From Reclinomonas americana ATCC 50394 (taxonomy: Eukaryota), in NCBI GenBank assembly GCA_048213135.1, contig PS015249.1:26747-90746 (forward strand): 64,000 bases of DNA, written 5' to 3'. The position numbers and the translations under genes were made by a program. Numbering within the stretch: position 1 is the stretch's first letter; every line of letters begins with the position of its first letter. Of this stretch, positions 11,948 through 24,700 are shown piece by piece. The notes under the pieces were generated by a model. That model did not search any database. It worked only from the letters and a program-made list of their open reading frames with translations, and was not told the DNA's origin.

Positions 11948-12178
11948 CCACACGAGTCTCTCTCGCACGACTCTGCGAACTGCGTGAAGCAATATACCAT
12001 CACCATCCCACTTCGACTGACCTCTGTGCACACATTCCACACACGTCTCTCACACGACTCTGCAAACTGTGTGAAATAATATGCCATCACCATTCCACTT
12101 CGGCTGACCTCTGTGCACACATTCCACACGAGTCTCTCTCGCTGCGAACTGTGTGAAGAAGCAATACCACCATTCCTC
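11948..12178. repeat. Intergenic tandem repeat, ~87 bp x 2.5
   Basis: The unit ccacac..tctctc..acgactctgc.aactg.gtgaa...ccatcaccat.ccacttcg.ctgacctctgtgcacacatt is repeated between two convergent 3' ends. Confidence 0.9.
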
Positions 12179-12230
12179 TTCATAAACATCCTAAACAATT
12201 CCCAATTCTTCCCCCCTCGTCTCTCTCTTT

Positions 12231-13343
12231 CTAATCATCAGCCCTCCGACTTGCCGGTTGGCTCGTCGGCTGTGACGAGGCCGCCGTCGACACTCCCCGC
12301 GGCCTCGCCTCATTCCACGTCCTAAAGAACGTGGTCAAATACCGTCGCATGTCCTTGCGCGCCACCGCGCTCGAGAACTGGTTCTGATTGAATCCCTCCG
12401 GGTCCTGCACCGCCGCGCGCAGCTCCGGCGTGCGATCCAACATTGGCGTCACGGCCATCAGCACCGACGCGAACGGACTGCGCATGCCGCCATTGACGCT
12501 GGCCGTGCCCGACACAGTGCTGGCCGAGCCGGCCAACCACGGCACCGCGCGAGTCATGCCAAATTCGGCGCTCTGGATGGCGGCCTGCACGTCGGCCAGC
12601 AAATTCGGCTGTGCATGGGGCGGCGAGGAGTGAGCAGAGAGACAGATCGTTATGAACGACAGCGCAGGCGTTTTTAAAATCGGCACGCACCACCTCCAGC
12701 TCCAACATCCGAGGTCGCGCCTCCTCAAACTTGCACATGGCAGTGAGTAGCCGCACCAGGCATTGCGCCAGCACTGGATCGCGCGTGCCACGCAGTCGAT
12801 CCACAATGTGCTCCAGTTGCCACGACAACTGCGTGCATCGATCGATTAGCTCACCATCACTCCTCTTCTTTTCCTATTTCGTCACGCAACGGCGGCAAGC
12901 AACGGCTCGCACAGAATGTTGGGCCGTCCGTTCGCATCTGGCGTGCGCAGAATCATCTCTGCCATCTCCACAGCCTCGCGCAGCACGGGGAACGAGTGAT
13001 TGTGCAGCAGAAAGTCGTCTGGCAGCACGCGGTAGTCCACATCAATGGCGACACTCTCCTCGATCGACACGCGACGCGCAATGTCGTCTAGCAGGGAGCT
13101 TTCGCGCACTTGCTCCAAGTAAATGTTCATGTTGGAGCTCAGCATGGCGCGGAGGAGTTGCAGGCGTGCTGATCTGTTGGGAGGGAGAGGGCGAGGAGGA
13201 AGAGGAGATTGAGGAGCAGGAGGAGAGATGAAGGAGGCGGAAGGAGAGGGAGAGGAGCAGGAGGAGAAAGAGGAGGAGAAAGAGGAGGAAGAAAAGGAAG
13301 ACGAGGAAGAAAAGGAAGCAGAGGCAAAGGAGGATGGTGAGGC

Positions 13344-13419
<76 letters not shown>

Positions 13420-15805
13420 NNNNNNNNNNNNNNNNNNNNNNNNNNNNNNNNNNNNNNNNNNNNNNNNNNNNNNNNNNNNNNNNNNNNNNNNNNNNNNNNN
13501 NNNNNNNNNNNNNNNNNNNNNNNNNNNNNNNNNNNNNNNNNNNNNNNNNNNNNNNNNNNNNNNNNNNNNNNNNNNNNNNNNNNNNNNNNNNNNNNNNNNN
13601 NNNNNNNNNNNNNNNNNNNNNNNNNNNNNNNNNNNNNNNNNNNNNNNNNNNNNNNNNNNNNNNNNNNNNNNNNNNNNNNNNNNNNNNNNNNNNNNNNNNN
13701 NNNNNNNNNNNNNNNNNNNNNNNNNNNNNNNNNNNNNNNNNNNNNNNNNNNNNNNNNNNNNNNNNNNNNNNNNNNNNNNNNNNNNNNNNNNNNNNNNNNN
13801 NNNNNNNNNNNNNNNNNNGGCTCGAACACATTCCGCCAGCAGCTGGTACTGCTCGGTGCAGGTGGAGGCAAACACGCCACCACAGTTCCAACCAGCCAGC
13901 GCCGAGTCAAAGTCGGAGTCCTGAAAGCATGGAGCGGGTGTTTAGTATTCACAAGATCTTGATGCAGAGTGTGACAGAAAACAGCTATTGTATACAGATG
14001 TTGCACAGTAAGTGACAGCGATATTGTGCGTGCAAAGTAACGATTGTGCCAGCTGCTGCACATCAACTGTTGCACTGCTGACTAAACACTGACGCACTGG
14101 CTTCTGCATACAGCCGAGTGTCTATCGCACAGACACCCACTCTTCAACACAGAAGAACTCGCATGCAGATGACACGGAAAACTGCGGGACGCTGACACAC
14201 ACTCTATTCTCATTCTCACACTGCTCCCACCTTCCCAGTCCTCACTCTTCACCGATTCATAATCACATTCTCGCATCCGCTCCCACCTTCTCCTTCCTCA
14301 CTCACCAACGTAACGGAGACTCTATTCTCCTTCTCACTCTGCACCCACCTTCCCATTCCTCACTGTACATCGATTCATAATCACATTCTCACTCCGCTCC
14401 CACCTTCCAGTTTCTTTCCCACCCGCACGCATCGTACACCGATTCATAATTACATTCTCACTCCACTCCCACCTTCTCTTTCCGCTCCCACCCGCGCCAA
14501 CCGTACACAGATTCAAATTCACATTCTCACTCTGCCGCCCCCCTTTCCCTCCCATCCCTCACCCACCCACCTTTTGCCTCACAGTGGCTACAATGAGCAT
14601 GCCCAGCGACGGATGCAAACCCTCCGTGTTGCGGTTCGACGGCTTGCTGAGCATGTACAAGTCAAACACGGTTGACAAGAACGCACTCTGCCGCACTGCC
14701 TCCGACAGTCGACCGCCTTGCAGCACCTGCCCGCAACTGATTAGCGATCTTCTCCAATCACCATTCATACACAGGTGGTGTGCTGACGCAACGGCAGTCT
14801 CAAACACATCGATAATCAACTGCAGTGTCTCGGTCACCTCGCTCTTCACGGCCTTGCTTGACTGTACACACATCATAATAAGTAACGCAAGCAGCATCGA
14901 GTAAAATGCTCAGTCCCTCCCTTCGCAACATTGGACATCCATCGCCACAAGCGGCTGAATGCCTGGTTGACACAGATCATGTGAGTGCTGCTGCTCCTAC
15001 TATCCATGATGACTGCACAACGCACCTCGCTCAAGAAGGACAGAATTCGCAAACCAGGCGACTGGCCCGTCTTACGATCCGTGAACAACTGTCGAGTGAC
15101 GGCCTCGGCCGAATCCACCTCTCGCAGCAGCGCAATGAAGGGATACAACAGTTGGTCGCGGAGTTCGCGCACTGCGTGGAAGGGCAGAGAGGCCAGGGGT
15201 CGCTCACTGTGTTCGTGGTGGTGGACAGATGGTCAGAAGAGGGGAGGAAAAAGTACACAATAAGCACAACATGATTCACACCAGCACTCTGTCACTCGGG
15301 CATTCTCTCCCTCATTGCACTCACTTATTTGCTCAATCGCTGGGTTCGCCCACTTGCATCACTCTCTACAGCACTCACTTGCTTATTTCATTGACTGCAA
15401 ACCAATACTTTTGCACTGTCCGCTGCCCTCCTATCTCTTTCTCTTTCTCGCAATCGCTCACTCACGCACTGGCTGACTCTCTCTTTCTCTCTCTCTCTCG
15501 TCTCTCTCAGTCACTGATTCACTTCATCCCACTTTCTCTCAGTCCCTACACACTCAATTCCCACTCTTTCATCCACTACCCATTCCAACATTCTCTCAGT
15601 TAGTCAATTAGTGTCATCGTCTCTCTCTCTCTCTACTCTCTCTCTCTCTCTCTCTACTCTCTCTCTCGTCTCACTACACGNNNNNNNNNNNNNNNNNNNN
15701 CTCTCTACCGTACCACTACCTACTACCTACCTACCTTCTACTCTACTACCTACCTACCTACTACTACTCTCTACTACGTTACGTACTACTTACGTCGTCT
15801 GTCTC

Positions 15806-15849
<44 letters not shown>

Positions 15850-18704
15850 CTCTCTCTCTCTCCTCCCTCCTCTCTCTCTCTCTACCACTTGAATTCCCAG
15901 TCACTCATGCTCTTCATCCCACTGTCGCTCAGTCCCTTTCCACTCTTCATCCACTACCCACTCCATCGTTCTCTCAGTTAGTCAATTAGTGGCATCGTCT
16001 CTTTCTCTTCCTCACTCACTCACTCACTCTCTCTATCTCTCTAGCTCTCTATCTCTCTGTCACGTGCAATTCCCAGGCACTCATGCTCTTCATCCCACCT
16101 TCGCTCAGTCCCTACTCCCTCAATTCACCACTCTTTCGTCCACTACCCACTCCTTCGTTCTCCCTGTTAATCACTCCATCAGTCTCTCAGCCAACTTACC
16201 CCTCTCCTTTTCCCCCTTCCCTTCCCTTCCCCCCTTCCCTTCCCCTTTTCCCCCTTCTCCTTCCTCACCTGTGCACTGATCTCCCTCCCGCCCTCTCCAA
16301 AATAGTACCGGCAAACGGAGTCGTCCGCGATGAATTACTCCCCGCCGCCTGCACCACCGACATGGCATTGGCCGCCGCCAACTCCGACGGCATCGTGCTC
16401 GACGTCACCAGCATCAACGACTGTCGAACGCGCGGAACCACCGTCTGTTCCAGGTCGACGAATCCACGCAACGGCGGCACCAGAATGCCCAAATGGCGTC
16501 CAAAGTACTCCGACAAGCCCGCGATCAGTGAGAAACTCCTGCGCGACAGGCAGGGAATTGAATAGGGGAAGAGAGAAATACTTGCGCGCACACACAGCAT
16601 CTCTTCTGTACCTGAGCACGGCGGGCCGTCGCGAAAACACCAAGAACTGGCACGTCTCCAACGCAGCGGCCACATCCACCGGTAACCCCACACCACCTTG
16701 TGCGTCGCCCGACGAACCACCGGCTGCCGATGATGATGACGACGACGACGAGGGACCGGTGACGGCGGAGAATGCCGCTTGCGAGCCAGACCCTGCGCGG
16801 CGCACGAGGCCAGTGAGTCGCCACTGAGTCGGTACGTGTGAGCAGACTGCACACTCACCGGCGCTCGACATGGTGGGCAGCGGTGTGAGACCGGCTTTCG
16901 GGTTCGGCCGTGGTAGCTGCGGCACTGGCGGAGGACCAGAGAGGCCGCCGGGTGACAACAGACGCGCGTGCTTGCCGAGTTGCTCCAGAACTCCAGCTTG
17001 TGCCAGGCGCGTCATGATCACTAAAGGACGACGGAATGAGTGAGGAAGAATCGTGAAAGTTGAAAGCGGCTCCTGTAACGTGAAGGTGCCACGCAATCTC
17101 TCCTGTGCTCTCTCTTTGTTCTGTGGATTGCTGCACCAAGAACGCCAGTTTACACATTCCTGTTTGTCTCGCAGGGTCATTGCACCTGCGTGTACTAATC
17201 CTTATCCTGTCCTCTTCCTTCCTCACTTCTCCTCCCTCGCTTTCGCATTCTTCACTTCTCTCTCTTTCTCGCTCCCAATCCTCTCCTCTCCTTTCTTTTC
17301 ATCCCATTTCCACTCTCTCTCTCGCACCCCCGCCCTCACTCTCTGCTATTGTTCTTGTTGCTTCTTTAAACTTCAATTCACTCTCCTCCTCATTTCTTTC
17401 ACTTAAACTCTCCCATTCTCACATTCCCTCTTCCTCATCCCTTTCCATTTTACATCGCCACTCCTCTCTCTCTCGTTGCTACGTTTCTCCACTCTCCTTC
17501 CTTCTCCACCACACTTCCACATCCCTCTCTCTCTCTACTTCTTTCTCTCTCTCTCTCTCCTTCTTTCTCCATTTCACTTCTCCATTCCACTCATTTTCAT
17601 TCCCCTCACGTTGCCATCTCCTCTCTAACTCATCATCATTTCCAGTCCTCTCACTGCCGCGTTANNNNNNNNNNNNNNNNNNNNNNNNNNNNNNNNNNNN
17701 NNNNNNNNNNNNNNNNNNNNNNNNNNNNNNNNNNNNNNNNNNNNNNNNNNNNNNNNNNNNNNNNNNNNNNNNNNNNNNNNNNNNNNNNNNNNNNNNNNNN
17801 NNNNNNNNNNNNNNNNNNNNNNNNNNNNNNNNNNNNNNNNNNNNNNNNNNNNNNNTTCTCTTCCTCTCTTTCTCTCTCCATCTTTCATATTTCTCCATCC
17901 CTTTCCCCTCCTCTCTTTCTCCATCCCTCTCTTTCCTTCCCTTCCCTTTCCCTATTTCTCCATCCCTCTCCCCCCCTCTCTTTCCCCATCCCTTTCTTTC
18001 TCACTCTTCCCTTTCCCCTTTCCCCTTTCCCCATTTCCCTTTTTCCCACCAGCATTCGTGGTCATGTGCCCGAGATACAGCACCACACGAGAGGCCAGCA
18101 CAATGTTCTCCACNNNNNNNNNNNNNNNNNNNNNNNNNNNNNNNNNNNNNNNNNNNNNNNNNNNNNNNNNNNNNNNNNNNNNNNNNNNNNNNNNNNNNNN
18201 NNNNNNNNNNNNNNNNNNNNNNNNNNNNNNNNNNNNNNNNNNNNNNNNNNNNNNNNNNNNNNNNNNNNNAGACTCGGAGGGCGTCGACAGCACGCGGTAC
18301 AGTTGCACGGCCAGCGCTGCAACATCACACAGGGGTGAATACAAAGAGGACGATTCCACAAAAAAAGGACTTGTTGATCCTCGCCAACGCACCTCGCACT
18401 CGAGCCGTCTCTCGCGCCAACGTCAGGCGTGGCACAAAGGCGCACTGGCGCAGCATGCGAACCAGCTCACACTTGTCGGTGACGGCAAACACCTTCAGCA
18501 CGACGCACAGCGTCACCAAGGCCTCGCGGCGCATCAACTCGTCGCTGTCGGCCAGACACAGCACCAGCGACTCCCACAGATGGAACTCGCAGCAGATGCA
18601 GTCGACCATCTCCGACCACTCGTTGAGGGCGCCTTGCACAAACACCAGCGCTGCGTGGGCGAGAGGATGTGAGTCGACATGAAGCATCTAGCAGGAGATG
18701 ATCT

Positions 18705-18743
<39 letters not shown>

Positions 18744-21700
18744 CACCCGACTTGCGCCTGTGTGTGCTCCCGTGGCAGATGCGCAGGATGTTGTCGGCGA
18801 GTGCCGGCAGTTTGCGATAGTACGACGGGGTGCGGCACACAAACTCGCGCAGCTTGCGGTGACTCTGCCACCAGTACGGGTGAGTGAAGAATCGATGGCA
18901 GCGGCGGCAAAAGGAGTGGCAAGAAGACGCAACATTATCGTACGATGTGACCATGCTGCGTGCGCGATGCTGTGCCTCTGAGCACTGGCGCAGATACCCT
19001 CGCAACAACTGCGACGTCTCTGCGAGACAGTCGCGATTCTGCTCGCTGCCAAACACCTCCACAAAGAGCTCGCGGGCAACACCAGTGGCGTCGTTGCGGT
19101 CGCACGCGCGATTCGCTGCGCTCCCGGTGGTGAGAGAGAGAGAATGAGCGCATTACCAAAGCAATGGGAACACGCGCACCGAGAAAGGCCAGCACATGCG
19201 GTCGCGGAGCAAACGAACGACCCTTGAACGAGTACGGCTCCTTCTTGTTGTCTTCCCACACATCGAGCTGATGTACGGGTTAGGCCGACGAGATGGCAAA
19301 AAGGACGACGGCGAAAGTTACGTAACTAGGCTGCAGTGAATGCTTACGAGAAGCCGAAGCAGAGTGCCGATCCGGTCGCTCAAGCCCTGCAGCGTTGAGC
19401 CTTGGGTGTGACCGCACAGCCTGTGCACAGGTGGGAGGAATGAGCGTCGGATCGTTATCCGTGGACGATGTGGGAGGGCGCAAACCGTTTGAACACACTG
19501 CGCAGGAATCCCAGCAAACAAGACAAGGCAGGGCTCTCGCCGAGTTGACTGGCGTGAATGTCGTACAGCCCATACGCAATCATGGTCTCCAACACTGGAG
19601 AGGCGGGGAAGTGAGAAGCCAGGCCGCGGCAACATTCAAGCGCCGGTCACTAACCTCCGCAGTCGAGGATTTCATGCGCCGAAAACGCGACATATCCATG
19701 CACCGTAAAGGTGGTCGAGGATGGCGCGGATGAACGGTCGTCGTCGAAAGTCAATGCTCGCACATCATCTGCATCAGCAACAACAGCGGTGGTCAACATC
19801 GAGTGTCAGCTGGTGGGTGCCCTCTTTTATCATGCTCTCACCATCCGGCAACAACGCATTCAGCAGCGCATCAACCAGCACCTCGAAAGAGTGCGTCTCC
19901 ATCGAACTCCGATTGCGCATGCCCTCTTCCAGGTTGCTAACCAGCGTGCCAAACGACTGTGCAGTCAGCCGCATAGGGTGAGCATGGTGACGAAAGTGCA
20001 CAGATGCCAACGATACTCACATCTTTCAGCACGATAGCAATGTTCTTGTGTCGCATGGACGACGCCAGCAGGTCTGGTCGCGTAGTTCTGAAAAACGGAT
20101 GCTGTCGTGCCGGTATGTCAGCAGAAAAGAGGAGGACTCAAATGCATCTCGCGCCTGACTCACGTTGACGAGAGCACGGAAAGAGATGCGATACTTGGGC
20201 ACAATCTGCAGGCAACACGAGGCCAGGGTGGCCAGGTCCAACACATCGTCGTCCTTCAAATCCGGCTGGTATGCACTGCACATGCCACACAACTCTATGA
20301 GCACATACACGAGGAGGTGTTGCGTGAATCATCCGTTTTGCTCACCGCAGTGCAGCCGCATTCTCGGGACCGACCAAATCCAGCACAAAGTAGCTGTCCT
20401 CATCGAGCCGCTTGAGGTCGACACGGCGCAGGTACCTGGAGTGCCCGTACACACGGTGAGCTCCACTCATTTGAAGGCGAAAGCGATCAGCAGCACAGAA
20501 ACGGCGCACCGTGTGACATGACTGACATAGTCGGTGAGACCCGGACCACTCAGCACCAGCAGACTCAGCATGAAACACCCAAACGACCACACGAGCCAAG
20601 CGTGCGGATCGCTGCTTGTTTTGAGACCCTGCAGCGACATTGCGGCTCAGCATGACCTACAGTGGACAAACGTTCTCTCTTCATTCCCCCTCATCCACTC
20701 ACCGCATCCAGCAGCCGCGTCCACTCCGGTGGAATAAACGGTGAGTCCCCTGTGCGTAACCTTGTGAGCTTCAGCACCATGATGCACGCGGATTGTGATT
20801 CATCTCACCTCGTCCCACATTCACTGGAAGTGGAGCAAACAGCACATTGCCGTCGCGAGTGACAAAGGCATTCTCCGTTGTCAAGAGGAAGCGATCCTCT
20901 TGCATGTCAAACACTTGCGACAGCTCCATCAGGTTCTGTGGACCGAATCAACGTCGATAAGTACCACAAGTGACATGGTTGCAGCGCGTGGAACTCAAAC
21001 CTTGAGGACAGCGGCGCACAGAGCCACACGTGCGGCACCATCGCTGCCCAGATCGTAGTTACCTGCCAGACAACTCACCATGAGAGCTGAACCACAACAA
21101 AGCCCCAGCGCGAACAACGCAACGCATAAACGCCATCAGCGTCGGATTTCTCGTCAGCGCAAACGAGGCCACCAGAGCGCGGCTGCGCAAAATCGAAGTG
21201 TCGGCCGAGTCCGGTGGCACGCCGGCCAACACGGCCTGGTCGCTGAGGCGACGGACACTAGCGATGCGCGGACAGCTGTCACAAAAGGAGGAGTCAGCAG
21301 TGTCGTCGAAGGGAGAGCGATTCTGCACAAAACTCGACACTTACCATTTGGCAGTGTTGTACACAGCGGCCAGTCGCTGCACCGTATCCTCGGAAGTGTC
21401 CTGCATTAGTGTGGTAAATGTCAGCTCTTGATGAACTCAGTTCGTCGAGGGTCCTCGTCCACGTACCTCAATGGGAATGGCACTCCACGTGGTGCCGTCG
21501 GCAGGTCGCCGCAGCACGTGAATCGTCATCTTGATATTCCTGAGTGAGCAACAATGGTAAGCCACATGGATTGCAAGCTGGCAGGAAACAGGATTGTAGT
21601 CGCACCGCGCCGCAAAGAACGGATAGTACTCAAACACGGCCACTTCCGTCGGTGACCAGTCATCGCGCACAGGACTGGCACTTCGTGCCGCCTGTGCGAG

Positions 21701-24700
21701 CGGGGGAAACTCGTGATCCAAGTGCTGCGCTCCATGCGCAGCTGCACACAAAATGAAGGTACGCTGTCAGTCGCAGGTGGAGGAATGGAAGGAGAATGTG
21801 AGGGAAGTCGCAACTCTCTTGAATGGTGTGTTCGAGCTTGACTCGCAGTCGCTCTTGGTGACGGCTCTGCATGCGTCGCTGCAAGTCTGTACAAAAGCGA
21901 GATGAGTCTGCGGTGCATGAGCGCTCAAAAGATTAACGTCGCACCATGAATGTCCTCGCGCACGAGTGCGAGTGCATCACGCAAGGTCGTTCGTTGCGTC
22001 TCCAGAGCAGCACGGTTGAGACCACGAAGTTGCCGAACAAACGAGAACTAAAGTCATGTCAGTGAGTCCCATGACAGGAAAAACAATACGTTACGCCACC
22101 ACACCGTCGGGTCATCCACCACTGCATTCTGCTGCTCCAACAGATCGAGAAACATGTTCATGTGACCCCGCAGTCGGCTCATGGGATCCAAATGCGCCAC
22201 CCAGCTGGTGAACTCGGTGCGACTGACGCGATGTGAAAAGTCCACCGACGTCTTGCTGGTGTTGCCACTTGTCACGCGGCGGTAGCCGTCGGAGAAGAAT
22301 CTGCATGCCACACACACATGCAGTTAGCAACAGTCGCCGCGGTGCGGTGCGGTGTGCACACAACTTCTCCACTTGTTGGTGCTCCGGCAACAGCAAACGC
22401 ACGGCGCGCATGAAACGAAACACCTCGGACAGGTAGATGGTCTGCTGCAACTCTGTCGCGTCCGGCTTGCACACGGCAAGCAACTCGGCGCGACTGGGCG
22501 CACTCAGAATGGTGTCGTAGATGCGAGCCACGGCTTGCGGTGCACAATCGCCGTGGAAACGAGCACGTGATACAGTGAGAATGTACAGACTGTCCCAGAT
22601 ATCGCTCTGCCACCGCCGCTCAGACGTGCGCAGCGCGAGCATTCTCCGTTGCAACTCCACCAGCGACTGTGCGCGCGTACGTCAGAACACTCGTTGAGGA
22701 CTTACAACTGTGAAATGGAGGCGCAACTGTTCGGCTGGCTGCTGCGGCTCTGTCGGCAGCATCTCTCTCCGCTCGCACAACGTTCTCCGGCGTCGGTGGC
22801 ATGTCAAACTCAACAGCCGGCACCTCCATGCGCAGGCTTCCGACGCTCAGCAGGAACGTGCGCCCAGAGGCATCTGCGTTCCGGGGTGTTGTCAGGGAAA
22901 GGGTAGTGAACAAGGAAGGGAAAGGATACATGAGGAAGGGATATATGGAGGAGACAAGTTGACAGAGAACATCGAGAAAGAAGGAGGGGGAGCTCACCAA
23001 GAAGCGAGATGACGTCCAAGTCGCCGACCCGCAACACGTCGCCACGAACAAGACTGGCAGAGCAAACACGTGAGTTCCTGTGGCTGTCTATCTCACAATA
23101 AACAGTGGATGGGGCAAACCTCAATGAGTCCTGTTTCAGCAACGACGGGAGCCAGCAGTAGCACACGCAGGCGAACGGATGGCTGGTGGTGGCGAATTGT
23201 GGCGGTGGCACTGTGTACCACCCGAAACCAATGCGCATGCTGGGCGGTGCATTGGGGTCCACCAGCGGCAAGCGAGTGAGTGCCGGGTTCCATAATCTAC
23301 ACACTCCAGGAGTCAGCAGCCACAGTCGTGCGTCTCCTCTCCTTTTGCCACCGTCGACCTCACCTCAAGCACCCATCCGTCGACACGGTGACAACGAGCT
23401 GAAAAGCAGACAGCTCGCCACAGACCACCACCGGCGTCCCGTGACCTGTGGTACAGCATTGCATTGTAGGAACGCACGTACATGCCCTAACGGAGGCATC
23501 GCTTACAAACCGAGCAGAATCACATCGGGATAGAGTGTGGACCGCGATTCACGTGGTCCCACCGACGGGTAGAGTGCCACTCCGAAATCGCAGCGTGGTC
23601 GTCGTCCCCGAATTGTGGCTGCTGGCTGCAGACGTGGTCCCGCTTGTACAGGCGCGGAAAGGCGAGATCCGCACCACGAATACCTGCGACGCAGTGCATG
23701 CTTGAGAGACAACAACTCACAGAGAGATACCAGGGGCAAAATGAAGAGTCGCATACCCCGCAGGCATGACGTCGGTGGCCAGGCGCTTGTCGCCGACTGC
23801 GCTATTATCTCGCAGTTGCCTGTCGTACAGGCGATAGACGTGCACATTGGCGTGCACAATGGTCGGCGAGTAGCGGAGCGACGGTATTCGCGAGTCGAGA
23901 GCCGCGGCATCGGGGCTGTTGGAGAAGCGGCGAAGCACCTGCCACTCCGTCGTCCCTGGACCCGTCGCTTGCAGCCACTCCACCAGTAGACCACGATCCC
24001 ATTGCGCCACCGCTGCACCGTCGGAGTGAGAGAAGGGAGTGAGAGCGAAGGAGGATACCGAAAGAAACTCACCACCAGGCGACAGCACATCGGCATTGCC
24101 ACCGGAGGGGCAGTATGACACGAGCAGATCCAACTCATTTCCTGGCAGGCAGCTGGCTTGTGCCACCTGACAAGAACACGATGAAAAAACAATAAACTGC
24201 GAGTGTGCGCGCACTGGAACATAACACGAACCATCCACGACGGGGTGAGACACTCGACAAAACTCCACGCACGAATCAGTTTGCCAGCTGTTGGCTCAAA
24301 CGAGAAGATATGACGACCCGAAGGCGGCAACTCCAACACACATGCCAACGCATCGTGTGCCAAATGCGGAGTGGCATTCACCAGCACGGTGCCGACGGCA
24401 CTGTCCACGACCAATGTGCGACACACGGGATCCAGTGATCGCCACCACTTGCGCTGCACACGCTCCTGCACATGGGGGGTGAGGAGGGGATCTGGAGTGA
24501 ATGAAAACACGTGTTGAGCGCGAACCGGTTGACCCTGCGCCGACGAAATCAAGCATTGCCAGTCGTCTTCGGCGCCGAGTGGCGTGAACCACACACCGAG
24601 GTCGTGCGCGAGAAAGTAGACACGATCGAGACGCGAGTCGATTGCGCAGCTGACAGCCTGCCCCAGAGCCTGTGCGCACGGATGTCAACAAGGAGGCGGC

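Noticed and set aside
11948-12178. Possible CRISPR-like array
   Set aside because: Whole units are duplicated with no unique spacers, the context is eukaryotic, and no cas genes are present.
19270-19345. Apparent in-frame TAA/TAG in coding-looking regions, suggesting stop-codon reassignment
   Set aside because: Each case checked falls inside a GT-AG intron with a branch motif (here gtaagc...cctaac...cag). Genes in the window end in TAA, TAG or TGA as in the standard code.
23880-24010. SAM-domain-like start VAQWDRGLLVEWL
   Set aside because: The downstream SAM hallmarks (F..xxIDG..LL.L) are missing, so the evidence is too weak to call.
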